Under the pieces are notes generated by a model. The model did not search any database. It saw nothing but the letters and a program-made list of their open reading frames with translations, and had not been told where the DNA came from. From positions 5,890,001 to 5,954,000 of the forward strand of contig NC_043024.1 in assembly GCF_006345805.1 (NCBI RefSeq): 64,000 nucleotides of DNA. Reading direction: 5' to 3'. This document shows, piece after piece, positions 27,444 through 39,400 of the stretch (its first letter is position 1; each line of letters opens with the position of its first letter). The position numbers were made by a program, and so were the translations under genes. The stretch comes from Octopus sinensis. Its lineage: Eukaryota.

Positions 27444-30400
27444 TTATTTATTTTTGTTATGTTAATATAAGAAAATGGAGAAGAAATATAGTGGACACTT
27501 ATTTAATTTTATTTTATTTGTATCATGATAAAAATATATCATATGAAGAGCACTCAGAGAGTGCAAACCTCTGCCAAGGCAACACCAACGTCTTCTCAAT
27601 GGTTAGCAGATGATTTTTAAAATGAGAAAATCTGAAATAAATTTGACTGCTCTACCTGCGACGATTTCATCTCAATCGAAGGAGAGGAGCTTTCTCCGTC
27701 CGGGTTGCAGATCCGTGGAACAAGCTGCCAGACGAGATGGTGAAGATGCCAACGACCGCTTTGTTCAAAGCCTCCCTGGACCTCAAGTGGCCTGAACTCT
27801 TTACATGAACACCACCCTGTACTTAACTCCATGTCCCCCTACATGGCCTTGCTATTTGCTTTTGAGCCAAATTAACTAACTAACTAACATAAACGAGAAT
27901 ACTAAAAACGAACCTGTCTGCTCTCAAAAATTAAGTAAAAAAGCAGGAAAAATAATCCAAAATATTTGTCCGGTACTGGATCAATCCCAAAATCTAATCA
28001 GTTTGCACCAGTCATGAGGCCAAACATCTCTGAAAGCTTCATCCGAATCCACCAAGCGGTTCTCAAGATACCTTGTCCTTGGACAAACAAACAAACATGA
28101 CCGAAAACAATACCTCTGCCTTCACTAAGGCAGAGGTAACAATGTAATACATATAAGACTTAAAGATAAAATGGAGGAAAATGTGTTTTCTAAAGACTAG
28201 AGAATTTGAAAGTAACCGTCTTTGTCATAGGGACGCCCCTCGTGCAAATTTGAAAGCAATGCATCATCAGCAAAATCCACCAAACAATGACAGTGTGTGT
28301 CACTGTGGGTTTAAAGCACGAAGCAAAGCTGGGTCAGCTGTCCACTCGAGAAGACATTTTGAACCGACGAATACATGCAGGTGTACCATTTGCGAGAAAG
28401 TGAGCAAGACATCTGCTGGATTGAAGGTACACATGCGGTGTCACAAGGCTTAGGAATTGTTGAGGGTTATTTACTGAACCCTCGTTCATCGTCTTCGATG
28501 AGAGAAACCACCATGTATACACACACACACACACATGATGGGTTTCTTTCAGTTTCCATCAGCCAAATAAATACCATACTAAAATAAGAAAAGACAGCAT
28601 TACTTACACTGAAAGCTTGAAACTGGCTTGTCAACTTCACAACTTGTTTGAAGTTATATGGACTTTCACATTTTAATTTTTGAGAGAAGCAAGGATTTTT
28701 GATACTGGAGAAAAAAAAAAGTTTGGTTAAGCAACAGCATCAACATCATTATCATCATCATCATTGTCATCATCATCAGTACAACTGTCGTTATCATCAT
28801 CATCACAATGTGAAGCTTACTATGCTTGCAGGGGTCAGATGTGGTTTGTTGCGACACAGTAATAGAATTTTAAAATTAATATTGAAATACAAAGGAGCAG
28901 GAAGGAAGGAAAAGGAAGAAAAGAAAAAGGGGAAGAGGATAAAACAGCAGACGATGTGGGGGGGGGGATGATGGGCCAGACATCACAAAACAACTGGGGG
29001 TGTTTCCATGGAGAATGGTCAGTGATACTCACTATAACAGCTACCCTATCCAAGGAGACTCAATTTCTCCAAAGGGCCACTATTATCCCTGTTTTGCTGA
29101 GTCAATCGGCAGAACAGGGTTTAAGGTAGCAAGCTGGCAGAAATGTTAGCACACCGGGCGAAATGCTTAGCAGTATTTACGTTCTGAGTTCAAATTTCAC
29201 CAAAGTCTGTCATCCTTTTGGTGGTGGTGGGGGTGTCGATAAATTAAATACCTATTTCTTTACTACCCACAAGGGGTTAAACACAGAGGGGACAAACAAA
29301 GACAGACAAACGTAACTTAATTTATCGACCCCGAAAGGATGAAAGGCAAAGTCGACCTCGGCGAAATTTGAACCCAGAACGTAGCGGCAGACGAAATACG
29401 GCTACACATTTCGCCCGGCATGCTAATGTTTCTGCCAGCTCGCCAGGTCAATAAATGAAATACCTGTTGCATACTGGGATCAATCTAATTGACTCCCCCC
29501 ACCTGCCCAAAAATTTCAGGCCTTGTACCTAGAATAGAAAAGAAAAAAAAAGTGGGGGGATGGGTTCTAGAACATCTGATCTCTCAATGGCGACCAGCAC
29601 AAACTGATAACAACCCACCCTGTCCCTGTATTTATTGACAACTCATTCGCCCGATACAGTTTCATGGAAGACTACAATGAACTAAGGACATTTTAATTAC
29701 ATCTTTGTATCCGTGTGTCAGGGGCGCCCCTCTCAAGAAAAGAAGATCGCCTTTCTAAATAATGTTATTATGCCCTTTTCTCCTAGAATTGTAATCTCTC
29801 CTGACCTTGTGACCTTCCCTTTGAAAAATTCCTGAGATCACGCCTGTGTGTCCCCCACAACCGCTTGACAACCAGTGTTTATACGTTTACGTCTTCCATA
29901 ACTTAGCTGTTCGGCAAAAAGAGATCGATAGAATAACTAGCAGGCTTTAAAAAATGAAGTACCTGGGGCTGATACATTCCACAAAAATTCTTCAAGGTGT
30001 TGCCCCAGTATGGCTGCAAACTAATCCCAAACAAATAAAAGACACACACAGATGCATGTACACACTACATACACACACACACACACACACGTCATAGACA
30101 AGGTTAAAGGGTCTTTGTTATTCAATCTCCTGGGTCCCAAAACAGGCTTAAGGTGTTGCTGATTGTAATGTTGTTGGCTTAATGTCATCAGAAGTTTATT
30201 GTTTCAGGCATTTGCCATATTCGGAACGCCTTACTTCCCTGGGCATGGACACATTGAAACTCCGACGTATGGCAGCTGACTTGGCAGACACCCATAAAAT
30301 TATTAACCATCTTACTAACAATAACTCTGAGCACCTTTTCAAACTCCACCTGTCTAACACCCGTGGATATGTTTACAAAGTCAGAAAACAGCACAGCTCC

Positions 30401-33400
30401 CATGACTTTCAGAAACATTTTTTCACGCTAAGAGTTGATGAAGCATGGAACAAACTGCCGGCATCAGTTGTTAGTTGTCGGAGCACTGCATCCTTCAAAA
30501 CTTCCATGCTTCCTGAGATTTGCCAACACTACACCTGATTTTCTCCCCTCCATACACACGCAAGCATGTATCTGACTCATACACTGTTCGCTTCCCAGAC
30601 ATTTTTACATTACTGCATATGCTTTATATGCACTTTTGACAAGTTGTGGTGCACCTGAGCACTGTATACAATAATTTCATTATTATTTTATTATAAAAAG
30701 ACTTCCTTGCAAGGCCAGTAGCTTCCACACAATTTTTAGCTTTGAAAACTGTTGCAAATGTATACAGGAGTTACTTCCCTTGAATATTCAAAGCTTCAAG
30801 ATTTTGCTGACTTTAGAAAAAACCATATTCCATTAAGCTCGTAGATCTCAACTATTTTTTGTACCAATGGACCCCTTTGATTACTATTTTATCCTGGTGG
30901 ACCCCGCCATACCTTACGAGATAATCTGTTCCCGGTGACTGCTCGTAAAGTGGAGCAATAATTTCTCATAGAGGCAATGTTATAAATCGAAATTCATTCC
31001 CAGAAAAATATTTTACTTATAAAACTTATAATACTCGTAAATAAATGGCAATAAAATAACAGTAGAATGTAAAAGATATTTTATGTAAAATAAAATGAAT
31101 GTCAAGATCCTTTATAATAAAAAATATTGGATCTTTTCGGTTTGAACGGCAGTTTTTAACATAATTTCTAGGTAACTAAAAAATTTTAAACTTCGTATAT
31201 TGGTAGAATGTGTTTATAAAACATCTTTTTCTCTTGGCTTTATTGAGAAAATTCTAAAGTTTGTAAGATATTTGTTGTTTTTTTCTGCAATTTCAACCAA
31301 TCACTGACGTCTATTGAGGTAAAAAAAAAACATTCTGTGCCGTATGAATATGTCCCTCGTTTAAGAAACAGATTGGGTTTATTTATATTTGTGAAGAAAA
31401 AAAGATACCCTTCCCCCAAACCCTAACCCTAAAACAGATTGAAATGCAATAGATCGATACTAGGGTCATAATTATGGGTGACAATTTCATATGACACCGC
31501 TAGAAAAATCTGCCGTTCAAACCGAAAAAATCCATATTATTATTATAATCGTTTTTTGAATCACTTTTACTCACACCAGACTCGCACCCACCATCTCACA
31601 AACACTTGTAGACGGACTAATCGAGAGTTATTTACTTAGAATAAGCGTTTTCTCTCTCAATAAAAAATTCAGTAACACGCAGAAGCATTTGTTAGGGAGG
31701 TAGAAACCTTGGCACTTTGTTCAAAATTTGGATTTTGTGTTTGAAAATCTCAGTATACAAAAGTGCACTGAAAAATGAAACTCGTAAACCCGGGCTAAAA
31801 TTCCTATTTTGCTCTTTCACACATGAATTTGTGAAAGTTGAACTACATAAAATGCTAAACAGAAATCTTGCTTGTTTCTTGTGATAAATACATTATTTTA
31901 TTCTTTTACTTGTTTCAGTTATTTGACTGTGGCCTTGCTGGAGCACTGCCTTTTTGGAAAATTTTTTATGAACGCTGAAAATAATACTGCTGGTATTCAG
32001 TTTTCTATATCGCTTAAGTGAACCACCAAAATCTTATATGGACCCCCGTACCACAGGGGCCTTAAATCATTACACCCTTACTCAGCAAGTAAAAATTCAA
32101 CAAGCATCGATTCGGCCAAGCAAGCACTAATGTAGCAAGTATTTGTGTGTGTGTGTGTGTGTTTGTGTGATCATCATCATTTAACGTCTGTTGTCCATGC
32201 TGGCATGGCTGGCATTTTGGAAGGCTGCGCCAAGATCCAGTCTGATTTGGCATGGTTTTCTATAGCAGGATGCTCTTCCTAATGCCAACCACTCCGAGAA
32301 TGTAATGAGAGTTTCTACATGCCACCGGCACGTGTGCCAATTTCTGTGACACTGGTATCTGCCACAACTGTGATTTTGCTCAACTTGATGGGTCTTCTTC
32401 TCAAGCTCAACATAATGCCAAAGGTCTTGGTTATTGCCTCCGTGAAGCCCAAAACTTGAAAGGATCTTGGCCTCTTTGCCTCCATGAGGCCCAACACTCA
32501 AAATTAACTCATATATTTATATATATATATATATATATATAGGTGCAGGAGTGGCTGTGTGGTAAGTAGCTTGCAAACCAACCATATGGTTCCGGGTTCA
32601 GTCCCACTGCGTTGTGAGTGGATTTGGTAGACGGAAACTGAAAGAAGCCTGTCGTATATATGTATATATATATGTATGTGTATGTATATGTTTGTGTGTC
32701 TGTGTTTGTCCTTCTAGCATTGCTTGACAACCGATGCTGGTGTATTTACGTTCCCGTCACTTAGCGGTTCGGCAAAAGAGACCGATAGAATAAGTACTGG
32801 GCTTACAAAAAGAATAAGTCCCGGGGTCGATTTGCTTGACTAAAGGCGGTGCTCCAGCATGGCCAGTCAAATGACTGAAACGAGTAAAAGAGTAAAAGAG
32901 TGTATGGCATGTAAAAGGTATCGATGCTAGTGACACATGAATGGGCACCCCTGCCTGCGACACAAAAAGGGCATCCAGTCACAGAATCCAAGCGAAAACA
33001 GACAATGGGCACTTGGTGTGGCCACAGCTTTACCGACTCCTGTCAAACTGTCCAACCCATGTCAGCATGGAAGATGGACATAAGATGATAATGATGTCCC
33101 TCATCTCCAAGCATAAAGTTCCCACCGCCTCAAAGTTCCTTGTCTAGCATACTGTATGATGATTTCACTAATGCTGGTGGCATGGAAAAAGCATCCAGTA
33201 CACACTTTGTAAAATATTTGGTGTTAGCAAGGGCATCCAGCCATAGGAACCATGCCAAAACAGACAATGGAACCTGGTGCAGCCCCTGGCCTTGTCAGTT
33301 CCTATTAAGTTGTCCAACCTATGTCAGCATGGAAAACGGACACTAAATTTGATGAAGATGAGGCCCTCATTTCTGAGCATAAAGTTACCTTCCTCGGGGT

Positions 33401-36400
33401 TTGTTGTTTAGCATACTGTGTGATGACCTCACTGATGCTGGTGGCATGGGAAAAGCACCCAGTACACACGCTGCAATGTGGTTGGTGTTAGCAAGGGCAT
33501 CCAGCCATAGGAAGCATGTCAAAGTAATTAATGATAGTGATGAGGAGGAAGGAGAGGAGGAGATAAAAGATGAGGAAAGCAAAATAGTTTGGTTTTAAAA
33601 GAGAAGAATTGGGGAAATGCAGAGAAAGGGTTCACTTACGCATCTTCACTTGTGTCTGTGTAAGGTAGGAGCACTTTGTCTATGAAGGATCCGATGCCAA
33701 CATTCAGCTTGCCCGTCAGTTTTTGAATGTCATTCACTGTGGAAGTAAACAAGGGATTGGTAAAAAATATGCAGAATTAGTCTGTGTAAAGAAACACACA
33801 ACACACACACAGATATAAATACATATACCCCGCCACACACGCATATATATGTAGACATATATATATATGTGTGTGTATATATATCACAATCATTGTTTAA
33901 CGTCTGTTTTCCGTGCTAGCATGGGTTGGACGGTTCGACTGGGGTCTGGGAAGCCAGGAGGCTGCACCAGGCTCCAATCTGATCTGGCAGGGTTTCTACA
34001 GCTTGATGCCATTCCTAACGCCAACCACTCCGTGAGTGTAGTGGGTGCTTTTTACATGCCACCGGTACAGGTGCTAGGGAAGGCTGGCAGCGGCCACGAT
34101 CAGATGGTGTTTTTTATGTGCCACTGGCACAGAATCCAGTCAAGGCGGCGCTGGCATCAGCCACGTTCGGATGGTGCTTTTTACGTGCCACCGGCACAGG
34201 TATCACAACTACAATTTCCATTTGATATTTATTTTGATGTTGATGTACTTGACTCAATAGGTCTCCTCAAGCAGAGCAGGTCACCCTACGATCCAAGGTA
34301 AGCACAGCAGGTTGTTTATATAAATACACTAGCAGTATCGCCCAGCGTTGCTCAGGTTTGTAAGGGAAATAACTATATAAGCATTTTTAGAGAGTTACTT
34401 CCCCTATACAAACCGAGCAAAAATGTATTAAAATGCGGAAAAATGATGGTAATTTTTTTTAAAATTGTAAACTCATCATAGATTCGCGCTAATACACAGA
34501 AGGGGTCGATATGAATCACGACTATAAGATACCCGACTATAAGATACCCGCACCATCACCAATGCATCTTATGCGGCACAATCACCAGTGCATCTTATGT
34601 GGCACCATCACCAATGCGTCTTATGTGGCACAATCACCAATGCGTCTTATGTGACACCATCACCAATGCTTCTTATGTGGCACCATCACCAATGCGTCTT
34701 ATGTGGCACCATCACCAATGCATCTTATGCGGCACAATCACCAGTGCATCTTATGTGGCACCATCACCAATGCGTCTTATGTGGCACCATCACCAATGCA
34801 TCTTATGTGGCACCATCACCAATGCGTCTTATGTGGCACCATCACCAATGCATCTTATGTGGCACCATCACCAGTGCATCTTATGTGGCACCATCACCAA
34901 TGCATCTTATGCGGCACAATCACCAGTGCATCTTATGTGGCACCATCACCAGTGCATCTTATGTGGCACAATCACCAGTGCATCTTATGTGGCACCATCA
35001 CCAATGCATCTTATGCGGCACAATCACCAGTGCATCTTATGTGGCACCATCACCAATGCGTCTTATGTGGCACAATCACCATTGCGTCTTATGTGGCACC
35101 ATCACCAGTGCATCTTATGTGGCACCATCACCAATGCGTCTTATGTGGCACCATCACCAGTGCATCTTATGTGGCACCATCACCAATGCATCTTATGTGG
35201 CACCATCACCAATGCGTCTTATGTGGCACCATCACCAGTGCATCTTATGTGGCACCATCACCAATGCGTCTTATGTGGCACAATCACCAGTGCATCTTAT
35301 GTGGCACCATCACTAGTGCGTCTTATGTGGCACCATCACCAATGCGTCTTATGTGGGACCATCACCAATGCGTCTTATGTGGCACCATCACCAATGCGTC
35401 TTATGTGGAACCAACACTAGTGCGTCTTATGTGGCACCATCACCATGCGTCTTATGTGACACCATCACTAGTGCGTTTTATGTGGCACCAACACTAGTGC
35501 GTCTTATGTGACACCATCACTAGTGCGTCTTATGTGGTACCATCACTAGTGCGTCTTATGTGGCACCATCACTAGTGCGTCTTATGTCGCACCAACACTA
35601 GTGCGTCTTATGTGACACCATCACCAGTGCATCTTATGTGACACCATCACCAGTGCATCTTATGTGGAACCATCACTAGTGCGTCTTATGTGGCACAATC
35701 ACCAATGCGTCTTATGTGGCACCATCACTAGTGCGTCTTATGTGGAACCATCACTAGTGCGTCTTATGCGGCACAATCACTAGTGCGTCTTATGTGGCAC
35801 AATCACCAGTGCATCTTATGTGGCACCATCACTAGTGCGTCTTATGTGGCACCATCACTAGTGCGTCTTATGTGGCACAATCACCAATGCGTCTTATGTG
35901 GCACCATCACTAGTGCGTCTTATGTGGAACCATCACTAGTGCGTCTTATGCGGCACAATCACTAGTGCGTCTTATGTGGCACAATCACCAGTGCATCTTA
36001 TGTGGCACCATCACTAGTGCGTCTTATGTGGCACCAACACTAGTGCGTCTTATGTGACACCATCACTAGTGCGTCTTATGTGGCACCATCACTAGTGCGT
36101 CTTATGTGGAACAATCACCAATGCGTCTTATGTGGCACCATCACCATTGCGTCTTATGTGGCACCATCACCAGTGCATCTTATGTGGCACCATCACCAAT
36201 GCGTCTTATGTGGCACCATCACCATTGCGTCTTATGTGGCACCATCACAAATGCGTCTTATGTGGAACCATCACCAGTGCATCTTATGTGGCACAATCAC
36301 CAATGCGTCTTATGTGGCACCATCACCATTGCGTCTTATGTGGGACCATCACCAATGCGCCTTATGTGGCACCATCACCAGTGCATCTTATGTGGCACCA

Positions 36401-39400
36401 TCACCAATGCGTCTTATGTGGCACCATCACCAGTGCATCTTACGTGGCACAATCACCAATGCGTCTTATGTGGCACCATCACCATTGCGTCTTATGTGGC
36501 ACCATCACCAATGCGTCTTATGTGGCACCATCACCAGTGCATCTTATGTGGCACCATCACCAATGCGTCTTATGTGGCACCATCACCATTGCGTCTTATG
36601 TGGCACCATCACCAATGCGTCTTATGTGGGACCATCACCAGTGCATCTTATGTGGAACCATCACCAATGCGTCTTATGTGGAACCATCACCAATGCGTCT
36701 TATGTGGGACCATCACCAATACGTCTTATGTGGCACCATCACCAGTGCATCTTATGTGGCACCATCACCAATGCGTCTTATGTGGCACCATCACCAATGC
36801 ATCTTATGCGGCACAATCACCAGTGCATCTTATGTGGCACAATCACCAATGCGTCTTATGTGGCACCATCACCAATGCGTCTTATGTGGCACCATCACCA
36901 ATGCGTCTTATGTGGCACCATCACCAGTGCATCTTATGTGGCACAATCACCAGTGCATCTTATGTGGCACTATCACCAATGCGTCTTATGTGGCACCATC
37001 ACCAATGCGTCTTATGTGGCACCATCACCAATGCGTCTTATGTGGCACAATCACCAGTGCATCTTATGTGGCACAATCACCAATGCGTCTTATGTGGGAC
37101 AATCACCAATGCGTCTTATGTGGCACCATCACCAGTGCATCTTATGTGGCACCATCACCAATGCGTCTTATGTGGCACCATCACCATTGCGTCTTATGTG
37201 GCACCATCACCAGTGCGTCTTATGTGGCACAATCACCAATGCGTCTTATGCGGCACAATCACCAGTGCGTCTTATGTGGCACAATCACCAGTGCATCTTA
37301 TGCGACACAATCACTAGTGCGTCTTATGTGGCACCATCACCTGTGCATCTTATGTGGCACCATCACCAATGCGTCTTATGCGGCACAATCACCAGTGCGT
37401 CTTATGTGGCACAATCACCAGTGCATCTTATGTGGCACCATCACCAATGCATCTTATGCGGCACAATCACCAATGCGTCTGATGTGGCACCATCACCAAT
37501 GCATCTTATGTGGAACAATCACCAGTGCATCTTATGTGGCACCATCACCAATGCATCTTATGCGGCACAATCACCAGTGCGTCTTATGTGGCACCATCAC
37601 CAATGCATCTTATGCGGCACAATCACCAGTGCGTCTTATGTGGCACCATCACCAATGCGTCTTATGTGGAACAATCACCAGTGCATCTTATGTGGCACCA
37701 TCACCAGTGCGTCTTATGTGGCACCATCACCAATGCGTCTTATGTGGCACAATCACCAGTGCATCTTATGTGGCACCATCACCAATGCGTCTTATGTGGC
37801 ACCATCACCAGTGCATCTTATGCGGCACAATCACCAGTGCATCTTATGTGGCACCATCACCAGTGCATCTTATGTGGCACAATCACCAGTGCATCTTATG
37901 TGGCACCATCACCAATGCATCTTATGCGGCACAATCACCAGTGCATCTTATGTGGCACCATCACCAATGCGTCTTATGTGGCACAATCACCATTGCGTCT
38001 TATGTGGCACCATCACCAGTGCATCTTATGTGGCACCATCACCAATGCGTCTTATGTGGCACCATCACCAGTGCATCTTATGTGGCACCATCACCAATGC
38101 ATCTTATGTGGCACCATCACCAATGCGTCTTATGTGGCACCATCACCAATGCGTCTTATGTGGCACCATCACCAATGCGTCTTATGTGGCACAATCACCA
38201 GTGCATCTTATGTGGCACCATCACTAGTGCGTCTTATGTGGCACCATCACCAGTGCATCTTATGTGGCACCATCACCAATGCGTCTTATGTGGCACAATC
38301 ACCAGTGCATCTTATGTGGCACCATCACTAGTGCGTCTTATGTGGCACCATCACCAATGCGTCTTATGTGGCACCATCACCAATGCGTCTTATGTGGCAC
38401 CATCACCAATGCGTCTTATGTGGAACCAACACTAGTGCGTCTTATGTGACACCATCACTAGTGCGTCTTATGTGGCACCAACACTAGTGCGTCTTATGTG
38501 ACACCATCACTAGTGCGTCTTATGTGGCACCATCACTAGTGCGTCTTATGTCGCACCAACACTAGTGCGTCTTATGTGACACCATCACCAGTGCATCTTA
38601 TGTGACACCATCACCAGTGCATCTTATGTGGAACCATCACTAGTGCGTCTTATGTGGCACAATCACCAATGCGTCTTATGTGGAACCATCACTAGTGCGT
38701 CTTATGCGGCACAATCATTAGTGCGTCTTATGTGGCACAATCACCAGTGCATCTTATGTGGCACCATCACTAGTGCGTCTTATGTGGCACCATCACTAGT
38801 GCGTCTTATGTGGCACAATCACCAATGCGTCTTATGTGGCACCATCACTAGTGCGTCTTATGTGGAACCATCACTAGTGCGTCTTATGCGGCACAATCAC
38901 TAGTGCGTCTTATGTGGCACAATCACCAGTGCATCTTATGTGGCACCATCACTAGTGCGTCTTATGTGGCACCAACACTAGTGCGTCTTATGTGACACCA
39001 TCACTAGTGCGTCTTATGTGGCACCATCACTAGTGCGTCTTATGTGGCACAATCACCAATGCGTCTTATGTGGCACCATCACTAGTGCGTCTTATGTGGA
39101 ACCATCACTAGTGCGTCTTATGCGGCACCATCACTAGTGCGTCTTATGTGGCACAATCACCAGTGCATCTTATGTGGCACCATCACTAGTGCGTCTTATG
39201 TGGCACCATCACTAGTGCGTCTTATGTGGCACCATCACTAGTGCGTCTTATGTGGAACCATCACCAATGCGTATTATGTGGTACCAACACTAGTGCGCCT
39301 TATGTGGCACCATCACTAGTGCGTCTTATGCGGCACAATCACCAGTGCGTCTTATGTGGCACAATCACCAGTGCATCTTATGCGGAACAATCACTAGTGC

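Noticed and set aside
31421-31432. Interstitial telomere (ccctaaccctaa)
   Set aside because: Only two units, inside a MITE; a similar short run at about 60546-60556 is also too short.
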